Positions 37,810 through 51,560 of a stretch of 64,000 nucleotides of DNA are shown here, piece by piece. The DNA lies in contig CM052817.1 in assembly GCA_028534125.1 (NCBI GenBank), positions 27,468,001-27,532,000 on the forward strand, in the 5' to 3' direction. This stretch comes from Lama glama. Taxonomy: Eukaryota. The notes under the pieces were generated by a model that saw only the letters and a list, made by a program, of their open reading frames with translations, was not told the DNA's origin and did no database searches. Made by a program: the position numbers and the translations under genes. Position 1 is the first letter of the stretch. The number at the start of each line of letters is the position of its first letter.

Positions 37810-38309
37810 NNNNNNNNNNNNNNNNNNNNNNNNNNNNNNNNNNNNNNNNNNNNNNNNNNNNNNNNNNNNNNNNNNNNNNNNNNNNNNNNNNNNNNNNNNN
37901 NNNNNNNNNNNNNNNNNNNNNNNNNNNNNNNNNNNNNNNNNNNNNNNNNNNNNNNNNNNNNNNNNNNNNNNNNNNNNNNNNNNNNNNNNNNNNNNNNNNN
38001 NNNNNNNNNNNNNNNNNNNNNNNNNNNNNNNNNNNNNNNNNNNNNNNNNNNNNNNNNNNNNNNNNNNNNNNNNNNNNNNNNNNNNNNNNNNNNNNNNNNN
38101 NNNNNNNNNNNNNNNNNNNNNNNNNNNNNNNNNNNNNNNNNNNNNNNNNNNNNNNNNNNNNNNNNNNNNNNNNNNNNNNNNNNNNNNNNNNNNNNNNNNN
38201 NNNNNNNNNNNNNNNNNNNNNNNNNNNNNNNNNNNNNNNNNNNNNNNNNNNNNNNNNNNNNNNNNNNNNNNNNNNNNNNNNNNNNNNNNNNNNNNNNNNN
38301 NNNNNNNNN
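37810..38309. other. Assembly gap (500 N)
   Basis: Run of N. Confidence 1.
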
Positions 38310-41300
38310 TTTCTAAATGTAGCATTGCCACTCAGACTCAAGGAGAGATGGCTATTTGGTTTAGCAACCTAAGGTTCTCTGACTACATGAAAGAGGTCAA
38401 AATGAGCGAGAATCTCAGAATGCAGCCAAGCAAAGCTCCCATTCTCCCACTTCTTCATTTAGGCAGATCGGGACCAGTAACAGTACCTCTCCATAGTGGT
38501 CTGGAAAAGTTCACATGAAGTGGAAAGAAGATTAGGGGCTGTGCTTGCACTGAGGGAGGGAAAGAAAAATGGAAACCAATGGTTATTTCCTCTTCCCATT
38601 TCTGTCTTCTCTCCTTTGCAGAAAGAAACCTAACAGAGACATCTAAAAATGGCTTTCATGGGAGTCTCTAAGCTCCACAACACTAGGGGGCATTATTCCC
38701 ACTGAATTTCATGACAGGGACTCCCAAGAGCACAACTCCATAGCATGTGATATAAATGGCATCCCTGGAGTTATGCAGTGCAGGCCACATAGCAGCCGCT
38801 AAATCACAGGAGCGGGAGGTTAACGTTTTTAGCTACAAGTTAGGCTTCCACCTTGAGAAAACAGCCCACCACAGCAAGGCTTTAATTTTTCTTCTTATCA
38901 ACAACAAAATTCTTGCTCTATTAAAAAAGATGAGTTCGCCCTTCTCCAGGGTAGACATTAATTAATTTGCATTTCTTCCAGACCTCAGCTTACAAAGTTT
39001 GAAGTAGTTAGGCAACTCCCAGCAGCAGAAGCCAAAATTCTGCTGCCAAAGGCACCCAGCCATACGAATACTCCCATCCTTGTTTGAAACTACCTTTATG
39101 ATAGCCCACGGGAGCCTCTTGCTTCAATCATAAATTATACATTTCTAGGAATGCTGCTTTTCTCTTCATTGACTGCCATTTCCAGGAAAGGGTTTTTTTT
39201 TTTTTCTTTTTTTTCTTTTTTGTTTTACTGCACTCAATGAAAGTCTTTCTGCTGACATGGTCCATAATTAAAAATCAAAGTAATAAAGTGACATTCTCAA
39301 ATTTGAATACTGGGTACAAAAAGCTTAATTGCCAGTCCTCCTGGCCAAATGGCACAGTGGCTCCAACATTAAGTCACAGAGATTTTCAAGAGAGTAATTA
39401 GATAGGGCTTTTAAAGTGCACACATTTAATTTTATTAGAACAAGTTTTAGAACCTTAAGACAAGCTGCAAATACTGAGCTGCAACTTTTTTCCTTTCACA
39501 TTTTATTTATTAAAAAGTTATTTAACAACCACCACTAGTATCCAAGTAGATTATAACTGTTCAAAGGACTAAACTAATAGGGAATGCCATGAACGTTTTC
39601 TGGGTTTAAGGTGCTTGTTTACACGATGACAAATAAAAGTGAAAACACTGCAGAAACTTTTAGCACCCCAAGTGACCAATGCCCAGTGTCTGACCTCATA
39701 TAACAGAGCAAGGGGTTACTTAGCAAATTAATATTCTTCTCAGAATGAAGTTTCCTCAAGTCAGTTTAGTTTACAACGTCATTCCTTTCCCAGAGTATTA
39801 ATTCAGTTAAACAAGTAGGGGAAAAAAGAACATTTAACACGTTCAATTTTTTTTTCTCTTGATCCCCAACATCTCCAAAACTAGAGGGAATAAACATGAT
39901 CTACTGCTTCAAGACATTTACCCATAATAAATTAGATTTTGTTAAGTCCTTGTACTTTTTTTCTAGGATATTAATGATAGAATATAATGGGCTTCTGAAT
40001 ATAGATGATTTTGGCCACATAGGCCATTGAAATTGATTTTAAGAATTGAGACTGTTATGTAACTAACCTCTATTAGAACATGGACAGCAAAAAGTTCAGA
40101 ATTTTCATAATCTGGGAAGTCAATAATTTACCAAGGGGTGATCTCTTTTTAGTAAGTTATCTTGAAGTAGAAAAAAAGATTTAGGTGTGTTTCCAATGTA
40201 TTTTTCTAACTCCAATGCTGGAAAAGTGATTTTATTGAACCAGGTGATATAGTGGTGAGAACTGTTTTTATTTCAAGCACGGAATCTGTATTAAAAATAA
40301 CACAGTTTCATGTCCCTCTTTCTGAATTTTCTCTGAGCACAAGGGAAAAAACACATTCCCTAATATGTTTTCTGGGTGCACTCTCTTTGTAATATTTCCT
40401 TTGCAAAGGTCCTGTTCATATTTGTATCTTATTACTTTTCTTATACTGGATTTATTGATAGTTTCTAACAAAAATATGATTTCAGTATATTTACTGAACA
40501 AAATTCAATATAACAGACCCCAATTCAATTTTTTTCATCAAAATGGAGAACAATAAAGAAACTAAAGTCCTCCGTTCAGACACATAGCATCAAAAAAACT
40601 TATATTGTTTAAAGAAATAACTCAATAAGGAGGAAGTGATAGATATTACTTAAAGAACAACATTAGCTTTGTTTATTTATCTGTGTTTCTAATAATCTTG
40701 CCTCTAACTTAGTAAGTGACAAACATTTTTGGTGTTCCTAGGTTATTGAATCTCATATAAATACGTTTTCTAAAAATAGGAAAAAATTTTTGATTATGCA
40801 TTTTTAGATACCTAGGGTCCACATTTACTGTTAATCGTCATTTCGTGTTTTCAAATCTGATTTAAAAGAATTTTTAAAAACCTTACTGAGTCTGTTTCCC
40901 ATATTATTTTGCTATTGTGCCAGTATTTTCCGTAAGTTAATCATGTTTATGCTTTTGCATGTTTACAAGAGTTTGTATTCTGAATCTCTAATGTCCTGCT
41001 TTCGAAGACCGATTACAGAGGGTTTTCTTCATTGACCATTAGGTAAAGGATTGAAAAATAACTTTGGTTTACAATAGATTTTCAGTTTAATGGATAGGTG
41101 TATTCATTATTTACCTGTTTCCAGTCTCTTGTGTATCGCCTAGTGATGATTATAGTTGTTTTAAAGATGATCCTCATTTAGGGTCTATTGCATCATCCTG
41201 AGATTTAGTAATGATTTTAGATTTTCCACCTAAATTACAGGGCACTTTCCACTGAAAATGGTAAACAATATTACAAACTAAAAAAAAGAAGTAATCTGAT

Positions 41301-41559
41301 TTCTGGGAAGAGGGAGCCCAGTGAAAGATGTGTGCTTTTATAAGGATGGACAATGGAAAGCAAAATAATAACTCCTAACTTTGATTGTTCAAATATATTC
41401 TGCAATACAGAGAGCTGCATGCAGGCTGGAGCAGGCATGGGGCAGGAAGGTTAAGTAGAAGAGAAGGCACAATACTTCAGATTGGCAGTAGACTGCAGCA
41501 AGAATAATCTAATCAAAACGAAATTAAATTATCTAGTCCCAGGGCAGGCTCCTGGGACT

Positions 41560-42030
41560 GCTGCATTGAATGCTAGCAGAACTCCTCCTAGACATTTTTC
41601 CCCAGTCAAACTCACATGATGAATGCAGATGAAATTTGAAATATGAAAATCTGAAATAATTTATGGAAGTTGTCAGAAATTTGGCCTGCTTGCGGTGTAA
41701 TTTCCTCTGAGACGAGGCAGGCCGGCTCACGGCTGCGGGACGTGGAGCGGCTGCTGGTCTTCCAGTGGCTGGATCAACCCCTTTAAAATGCTCTTCCAGA
41801 CAAATTACAGCTCATTACACACAGCCTTGCACCATGCCATTATGTCAGAGGAAATCTTTTTTCATTTGCACAAATTTGCTTGGAATTCTCATATTTATTT
41901 GAGCATCCATTATCGAATCTGAACATTGAATTATCCACAATTATTTTCTGGGTACGCGGATGTTTGTGTATACGGAATAGATGGTGACTGCGGGGCTATA
42001 AAAATATTACCGTGTGGCGGAGAACCCCAC
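41560..42030. promoter_or_regulatory. Candidate conserved non-coding element / enhancer
   Basis: Repeat-free, locally CpG-retaining, with clustered TGTCA, TAAT/ATTA and GGAA motifs. Conservation not verified. Confidence 0.5.
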
Positions 42031-45000
42031 GTACTTTGCAGCTGTGTTACAGAGAGCACTGTTTGACTGTGGAAAGAGAATTGACTTTTGCGAAGATATT
42101 TACAAGATTCCTTTCCTTTTTGAACATCCTCGGAAGGAGACTAACTCTGCTGTCTGACTCTTGCTCTGCTCTGTGATGTATAAGAACTACGAATTCTCTG
42201 TTACACCTGGGTTCAGAGCCTCTTCTCCCTCCCCATGCAATTTGGTTTTTGATGGTCATTTTCCTATTAATCATATCCTGGCGTATATTCCTGAACAAAG
42301 CATTTCTTTTGATTGCTGAAAAAAAACACCGCTCTCCTGAAACTCATTCCTTTCTTTGTCATTTTTCTCATAATGTTGCCATAGCGAAAGTGGGCTCTAT
42401 TGCTCAGAAATACAGACATATAATCACACAATTAAATAATTATCTAAAAAATTTAACTAGTGGCACACAAAGACTAATTGCAAGGGTGTCTGTATCACAG
42501 CTTTTCAACTGTTACTGTTGCTCAGCCTAATAAAACTCTGCTTTACGTAATATTTCTAAATTGAGTGCAGTACCTCTCAACATTATTTTATCCAGTCATT
42601 CAGGCTTGTATCTAAATGCCTCGTCAACCTTTCCAGCGACCAAATAATTAAATGTTCTCTATTGACTTGTTGACATTTCCCTCCTATGGCAGGTGTAGAT
42701 TCAAAAGGAAAATGCAATCATTCTCCAAAGCCGACTTTTATTTTCTTGAAGGCTTTCATACATGGATAAAACAACTTGAAAAAACTCTAAGGCAAGTATA
42801 CCTTTAATCTCTCACTATGATTTTGTAACTCCACCTCAGCGACAAGAAAATAAGATGTGCTTTTGCATATAGGATTCGTTTTGGTCGAAGAAATCAGTAG
42901 TACTTAAAAATCAAGGTGAGTAAATAATCTATTATTTTGCCAGCCATAATCCATAAACATTAGCGTAATTTACTTTTTTTAAGTAAAAAAGAAAATAGAT
43001 TCTACATGATATAAGTAGTGGCTACCAGAATTCAGGAAAACAGAATGGGTTATCAAAGTAATGGGAAAGCTGGATTCTTGTGCAGCACCAAAGCCATCGC
43101 ATTCTGCACTTCAGCCCTCCAGAGCTTTGACTCCTCTAAGATCGACTGCGGGGCTGGAACATGTCACAGCCTCCCCAGCTCCTCCTTACTGCAGGAAACT
43201 TTGTAATAGCACTCAGATAAATAAAGAAACTGGGTTGGAGATTATTGCTTTCATTGTGCTATTGTATATGTGTATTATATAGTCTCTCCATAGTTTGACA
43301 CAATCAGTTGAATGTGGGACAAGACAAATGTTGTATATGACAGTGGGGTAGTATTGAAAGATGACCCCATATCTAGAGGGCTAAGAGTTATGGATGCATT
43401 GATAGCTGCTACTAACATTTTGAAGCGTGGCTGTTAAATTTTGCCTGCTGGCTTCTGGCTGGAGGCCGGCCTGCCTGGGCAACAGAGCAATTGAAAGGAA
43501 CTGCAGGCAGCTTTTTTTTTTTCAGTATACATCAAGGAACTTTGTTCTTCTTTTATTATAACTGACCACTGACAGGAGTGGCTTCTGAAGAAAGCAAGCC
43601 AACAAGGCACATTGAACACTTCCCAGCTAATCTTTGTTGTGCATTTTATTTGCTTCCAGTAGGTACTTTTTTTTTAAATAATTGTTTAAAAATTTTAAAG
43701 ACACATTCCTAAACCTGTGAAAATCACAGGAAAGTCAGAATATATAGAAAAAAATTTTTTCGTGATAGAGTAGGACCTACTGAGAAAATATTATTTATAG
43801 GGAAAATGAGGTAAATAGCATGTCTTATAAAGACCTGCGGGAAAATTATATGATAAATAGAGTCACACAAAAATGCAACTAGAATGTTTGGAAACTAGAT
43901 TGTGAGTGATGTTTATCTTCAAAACAATAAATAGATGAATGGTCTTTGAAAATATGGGGCATGTTTATATGTGCAAAAGAAAATGAATCACAAGAATATT
44001 AAGCTTCCAAGTTTGAATAAATGATATATTTAAACAATTGCAGGTTACTTGTAAAACATTACTAATGACCAATCTCTTTTATAAATTAATCTGAGGTATA
44101 TTTTAAAAGTTGGGGAGATATCTTGTTACTCACTATATGGATAAACATATTTGACTCTAAGAGTCAAACTTTTATGTCCTGATGGTGTTTTTAACTTAGT
44201 GACCTTAAAGCTTTATCAAGAGGTCCACGGAATTTGGCCTTGAGTTAAGGCCATGAGGTTTCTTTGTTTTGATTTGCTTTTACCATAGAAGATAGAAGAA
44301 ATAAAAATAAAAAGAATATGAATGCAGTTATCTACAGCCTCATTTAAATACACTAACAAAATCCACCTGCATCACTATCAAACAAATGTTCTAAAACTAT
44401 CGCCATGTAAATATCAAACATCAATACTTCCTGCTTATGAAACTCTATAGTCATATAAATAGTTATGTAAATCCCAATGTTTATGAAATTCCACCCTACA
44501 CTTGAACAAATGCAATTTTTCAGGCACTATAGCTAGTTATTTTGTCATTTCTTTCCAGATTTCCCTAGAGATCCAGTGAGGACTAAGCATATAAAAACTT
44601 TCATCATTTTTATTCCACAGCCAGCTAGTTTTCAGAGGAAAAGCAAAATTTTCACCATGCACTTTTAAGCAAGTAAAATATTTCTGGAAAATTATAAGCA
44701 TAAAGAAATAGCTATGCAAATATGTGCACAGCCTTAGTAAAGATACTTGGACAAGCTAATAAAATAGTATTTATCATGAAAAGAAAATTAAGTAAAAATT
44801 CAGCCCCTGCAAAATTTAAATGTAATTGTAGGCTCATTTCCTTGACCTTCCTTAAAACAAAGTAAATGAGGAGGTAATAATCAACTATTTTCTTTTTTAA
44901 TGAAAAAACAAAACTTGAATTAAAGTGGGAGAGGAAAGGGACGAGAGAGAGAGAGATTTTACAATGTCTAGCATAGGTTTGCTTTTTTTTAACTCACTTT

Positions 45001-47387
45001 CAGGAAATTTTTCTTATAATTAATATCTTATTATGATATCCAAAAACATTCTCTAAATACTAATAATCATATATACTTAAGTTAATGCTGGGTTATTTTC
45101 CTGTATCTTTTATTATAAAATCATTTCACTTTTTAATGTTTAAGGTACAAAAATGCTGATTCACTCATCTGCCCAAATCTACTTTACAATTTCTCTTAAA
45201 ACCCAGTTAAACAATAGAAACTTAGAATTATAAAAAAGACAATAAGAGCTTTTCCTATATGGCAGCTAATTAAAGTCCACCTTGTAGGTGCGTTTATCCC
45301 CAAGACATATTAGAAAATGATTGCATAAAAAGTTACTTGTATTTTTTCTTGAGTAATTTCTATAAGCACATTGCCTACAGGATTCCCATTATAGCTGTGG
45401 GAGTTCCTGGGAACCTCAGTCAGAAATTTAGGCCAACTTTAAGAAAAATTGACTTGCTCTTTCCTTAAAGTAGCAATACTAGGTACTTCTGCTAAATATA
45501 AGAGACCCACAGATACACATCAGGCTTTTTATTCCAAAAAGCTTGTAGTTTATTTTGTTCATAGACGAGACATCGAGAGCTAAGGAGTTACTTAATCATA
45601 AAAATCAATTTACAATATCTAGTCATTATAAAAAGTGTTTTTGGGGAAAAGTTTCTACATTCACCAGTGTCCATTCAGCTGAATTATATAAAGAATTGTC
45701 CCAATTCTACAACCCAATTTGGCAAATAATGTGGCCACAAAGATTTTATGTAGATGATACTGACTGCAGTTAAATGTTTTTAAAAGATTATGATTTCCCT
45801 CTGTTCTCGAATAAGTCCCTAGTTGTCTTTAAATTTAAAGATTAAATTTTCCAGCCTGGTCTCATCTTCTTCCTCAAAAGACTTCTGTAAGCATATATTC
45901 AGGGGCTCCAGAAAGAAAGCAAGATTCACTCTAATGCAATAAATTGAGAAATGTTTTCAAGGGAATAGTCAGGGAATGTTGTTAAGAAATACCATCATAA
46001 AATCTTTTCTAAAGAGTTTAAAATAATACATTCAAAAACCTTTAAAAAATAATAAGTATTGCTTTGCTATTGGAGAAAAATGTTATTTTAAAAAACACTT
46101 TTCCTCACTGAAGGTGCTTGACCATAATTTTCCATCTTTTCTCTTTTAAATGATAAGCTCATATGATTTATTTATTAAGTTCTCCTTGCATGTATTGCAA
46201 TACACAATCATTCAATAGACAGGATACCTTGACACTAGGAGCCTGCCTTCTCAGCTGAAAGCTCAGGGATTAAAAAAAGAAGAAGAATGACCTGCAGTTG
46301 ATAGGCATGCATAGTAAAAGTGGACAGAATAAATCATTATATTATACAAATGCTGTTTGATAGGGTAGAAAGCTAATGTCCAGGCGAGCTCCTTTTAAAA
46401 TCAAAAGAAGCACGGGGTGGTTCTTACCACCTCATTCATCCATGGGGCTCTCAAACCTTCATGAATACCAGCAGTATTATCATACATAGCCTTTGAAACA
46501 TAGGATATAATAAGATATAGTTTCTATATCCATGAAAGAGAAATTGAGGACAAGTTGTAGTCAATGATTGAAACTTACCAGTAGAAGTTACATATAAAGA
46601 ACTGTGTCAGAATTAGGCCCCTACTAAAAACTCCAAACTTTAATTCTGTGGGTGGAAATGTTCCTTAACCCTTCTGTATGTATAAGTAAGGGCTTGTGAA
46701 TTGACATTGGATTGTGGGGAAAAAAGGTACTATGTTTGCCCACCAGGCCCTGAGGTTCAGGAGGGAAAAAAAGTAAACAGTGCTTCCTATTCTGTTTCTT
46801 TGGGAGCCGAAGCAGTTTAACCACATGGTGTCACCTGATATAAGTATATTTATGTTCGTTTGGCAGCTAGGGTGTCCCCAGACCTTGTACACTCCAATTC
46901 CAAAATTATTTCTGGCTAAATGACTGTTATCATCTTTATTTATTTGTTCTAAGAACTACAAGGTAACATCCTTTCAAAAATAATATTTACAGAAAAAAAT
47001 TTAGTTTTGTTTTTACCCTAAACCAATGAATCTTGTTTTATTTTAGTTGCTTTTAACAGAGAAACAACATAATTTTTTTCATTGAAATCCCTGAGTGGGG
47101 TTGAGACTCCCCCCTCCCCGCCTTCTGCCCACTTTCATAGACTAGAAACTGTTGTTTTAAGAATTACTTTCTAATACCTGGGAAGGGAACCAGGAGGTGC
47201 CCTAACACTGAGTCAGGCCTGTCAAGTGATGCCCAGTTACTTGTGCTCTGCTGGGACCTTTGCTCCCTCTCTCTGTGCCCCGTGGAAGGGAAGGCCCAGG
47301 TCCCAGGCTGAGTACCTGGACATATGTGGCATCTGAGGCTGAGGCTGATCTGGTCTTGGCTAAGCCAGAAGGGAGAAAGAGTGAGAG

Positions 47388-47390
<3 letters not shown>

Positions 47391-47463
<73 letters not shown>

Positions 47464-47478
47464 CGAGAGAGCGCGCGC
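47391..47478. repeat. Compound (GT)n-(GA)n-(GC)4 microsatellite
   Basis: Direct. Confidence 0.97.
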
Positions 47479-48999
47479 AAGTGCGCGAGGGAGCAGAGAT
47501 CCGCCTTTCTTCACCCACCCCACTTCCTCTGCAGCTCTCCTCTGCTCTCTGCGGCTGGTGGCTTAGTGCCTGAACTGATTAGGTAACAACAGAGCACCTT
47601 CCCTCCCTGTTTTCTCTCAATGCATTTGGGCCACTGCTTTTGAAGGAGCCCAGCCCTGCCACTATCCTGCCTTTATCACAGGCTGTATGGGGCTTTATCT
47701 GGAAATGCCTGGGCTTTGCCCCTGGCTTCATCAATCATTTGGACCAGTTCACATCCCCTTCACGGTGTTCCGCCTCATTAAACCCATCAAGGGCGTTGCA
47801 GAGAGGCGGTGGGGCCAGGGAATGCCTGAGCACTCCTTCCCACTGCTACACATCTCTGGGATGAAGAGGCCCTGTGGTGGGGGAGAGAGTGCACAGGATG
47901 ACTTACAGGGCCACCAGAAGCTCGGGCCTCACCTTCCTTGCTGCTCTAGGAGATTTCTTGGAGTTGCACTTGGGAAATTAGATGATCAGTTTTTTAAAAA
48001 CTCGTTTATTTGTTCGTGGAATTGGAGACCACTGCTTCACAGAAAGCAGAACATTTTTTAAAACCAGCAGATGCAACTGCTGGTTATTAAAAAAAGAAAA
48101 AATCTGGGAGACTCAAGTTTAGGAGAGAAGCCTGACACTAAATTCAGGGGCTTCTGAGGCAAAGTAAATCATGAAGCTCTATCCAGGTACCTTGACAAAA
48201 GCCAGTTCTGAATTTAGGGAAAGGAGGCTTCTATAATCTTCTGAAGTTCTATTCTACTGATTAATGACTGAGATTTCTACTTTTAGGTTTCCATAATGAT
48301 TATTTTGTTTTTATAGGCACATTACAAGGAGTTTTCTTGCACATTACTTCAAAAACAACCTTTGGAGTTATATTATTTTATTTTCAATGTCATTTTTAAA
48401 GTGAAAAAGCCAAGGCTAGGAGATTGAATCTAACCAAGATGATGTGGATGGTAATGGGTGGGTTTAAACCCCATCATTTCTCTTACACAACTTTGTTGAC
48501 ATGGTAAAGAGAAGGTCAGGGAGGCGCTATTGTTTATGTACATTTTTTGTAACAATGTCTATGATATGACATCGGATGTCTAGATACAAATATACTTCCC
48601 TAAGGGGCTTCCCCAACCTACTGGGAGAAAAAAGAGAAGGAAGAAGTAAACAAAAACCTAGAAGATGTGTTGTTGTTCCAGTAAAAGCAGTCTCTTAGAA
48701 CCAAGCAGGAGTTCAGGAAGATATGCATTTAATTTACAGGAGAGAAGTAGGGGTGGGGTTGGGGCTGAGGACAGAGGCGGGGAGGAAGGGAGGAAGAAAG
48801 CCTTAATCTTAGAATGGCCTCGTTAACATCCAGTTTGTATTACAAACAAGAGCCGAGTTTCATCTCCATACAACACCCAGAGTCACAGCCTCTGGACAAC
48901 TTCGTGCACCCAAACGGTTTTATGGACAAGGCACCTATATGCACTGTGCCATTACTTTTAAACCCTGTTGGGAAGCTAATGTGGGAGAGTGAAAACACC

Positions 49000-51330
49000 T
49001 CCTCAGCCCGGGTCCCTCCCACCTGCGCGCCACCCCTGGCACCAGACAGCCCCTGCTCCAAGACTCGCTGTCCCTGGGCGGCCTCTGCGGGAATCCTGGG
49101 TTAGGCATGACATTACAGAAACCCTGCACCACTCTGGCCTGGCGAATCCCGGCGGGCCTGAAGCTGCGGGCCTGCAGAGCGCTCCTGCAGCTCGGTCCGC
49201 AGCCCACGCGCCCACTGGCCTTTGCGCCTCGGCGCCAATTTGCATCCCCAATAATCGAGCACTGCGTAGATCCCAGAGCTCTGCGGGTATTAATAATCAT
49301 AAAAGACCCGGCGATTACAAAAAGAGAAAGTGCTAAATGTCAGAAGCTGGGGCAAGATTTTTAAAAGGCAACGCACCGAATCCAAGTCTATACTTTAACT
49401 TTTTTAATAACGATTTTTTTTTCTGGGCTGGAAGCTCGCACAGAATCCTGGAGGAATTGCTAAATCAAATTAAGGTTATATTTTGCAACAGACTGGATGG
49501 AGCAATAAAGGAGAGCGCGCGGAAATGGGACTTCACCCATCAATTAGATCTCTATTAGCAGCCAGTGCAGGCTTCACCACAGGAAATGTCACATCCCTGC
49601 CCAAGCGGACCTTTGCTTTCTCCAGCCCCGGTTCTCACCTCCCCTCTCCCCTAGAGTTAAACTCTTCAGGCGCACATGTTGGAGCCAAACAAATCCCTTT
49701 GTTTGGAGGAGGGGGTTTGCTTTGTTTTGTTTTTCTTCCCAGTCTTGTTTTGGAACCCTGCGCCACCTGCCTCCCCCAGCCCCAGCGTCGGGCGCTAACC
49801 CCGGGACACTCCTGCCCTGGCTGGCTGAACAGGTTGCAGCGTGACACCTGCGCTGTCTGCTAGGTCGCTCAGCACCGCAGTGCTGGGGGCTGGTGCTCTG
49901 GGCCTTATTAATATTAAAAGCTTTATGACGGTCCTGAGCAGTCCATAATGAAAGGTGATTAACAAGACAATGGACAGGGCTCTGAATGGTGGGCCAACTC
50001 ATCTGCTATAATAGATCATACCCGCCTCGGGGCCCCAGCTTGCGAATTCCGCCCCAGGACCCTAAGGAGTCCGAGGGGATGGAGGGGTAGACTGGCGTGA
50101 TAAGGCCTGACTCGGAGTCAGACAGCCGAAGTGGCGCGCCCTGCAGGCTGGAAGGAGACCCTCGTGCGGGGTCCACTCTGACCTCGGCTTCCTTGGATGC
50201 ATTTGCAGGTGTTCGTTTCCCCCATTTGAGTCCAAGACGTGTCCGGTCCCAGCCCAGAGACCTGCACCGGGATACCCAAGCTTAGAGGTGTTCACCCCCG
50301 CCCACCCGCTAATTTCAGATGCCGGAATCCGAGCTCTGATGGAAAAACGCCCCAATAATGGCTGGTCCGGCTCGGCACACAGGCAAGAAAATGGGGCATG
50401 ACCCCCGAATCCACTCCCTTCCAACCTTCGGTAAATGTACTCAGCCTTGACCCCCTGCTCCTACAATCCCCAGCAGAACAGAAATTTCCTCGGGCCCCAG
50501 AAAGCCTCATTTATCATTCTCGTGGGGACCCGAATGACAACGCTCCTTATTCCAGCCCGGCTGTGAATTGGGGCCCCTCACTTCTGCTTCTCCCTTGTCC
50601 TCCCCATACCCCTCCCGTTCCACACCCTTGACCATAAGGAGACAAGGTGCAACAGCCCGGGAATGAGCAAGCAGGAGAAGTGGCCGGATGGATAAAGGAG
50701 GCACTGTTGCCTTTGCCGCCGCCACTGCCCCCATTCAGGGGCCGAATTCAAATGGATATTTCCCCCCTCGGCCCAGCTGAACGAGGCTCAATGCCTCAAA
50801 GGTGCAGAGCTGCCTCCCTGGACATGCTCTGTGGCTGATATTATAATTTTCATAATGCGCTTTTATGTCGCTCCAGACTCCTCCGGTGAGGAGCCCGCAG
50901 AGCTGCTGAAAGGGGCTTTGAGAGGCCCGGGCGCGCGGCTGCTGCGAGCTGCGCGCCCCCCGCGGGCCTGAGTGGCACCGCGTGCCCCGGCCGGGGCGCG
51001 GCTCCTGCACTGCGAGCGCGCCGGCGGCGGCGGGCGCTGCCCGCGCTGCTCATTAGCATGCACCCGGAGTGCGCCCCGCCAGCTCCCGCCCGCTTTCAGG
51101 CCTCTCTGCGCCCCTCGGGATCTCTGCCATCCGCCTGGGTGCGAGGTCCCTTGGCCTCATCCCTGCTCATACTCCAGCTCCAGCCCAGCGGACATGGGGC
51201 CGGCCAGGCCAAGGGAAGGTCAAGGTGTTAAGATGTGAGCGGATCCCGAGAGCAGTCGGGGGCGGAACAGTCTTCCGACCCGGCGGAGGCTGCTTTCGCA
51301 AGAATATGGAAGCGAGGGGATGCTGAGTGT
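49000..51330. promoter_or_regulatory. CpG island (no credible coding ORF)
   Basis: Visibly high GC and CpG density, peaking at 50920-51120. Confidence 0.8.
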
Positions 51331-51399
51331 GAAGGGTTCCCTAGTGAAGGCAGGGAGATTGAGTGGTAGCGTCACCACTGTAAAGAGTGTGGTTAGAAC

Positions 51400-51560
51400 T
51401 ATTTTGTTCTAAGCATTAAGCCAGTATTGATCATTTAATCCTCGTAACAATCCAATGAGGAAAAGGAGCAGAGAGGTTAAGTTGTTTGTCCAAGGTCGCA
51501 CAGCTTGTAGGTGGAAGGGCCCAGATTTCAACCAGTTGGTCTCAGAGCCCTTGCTTTTAG
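51400..51560 (-). mobile_element. MIR SINE
   Basis: 'tcatttaatcctcgtaacaatccaatgagg...gagaggttaagttgtttgtccaaggtcgcacagct'. Confidence 0.8.

Noticed and set aside
37636..38372. Long ORFs of 173-231 aa
   Set aside because: Artefacts of translating through the N gap.
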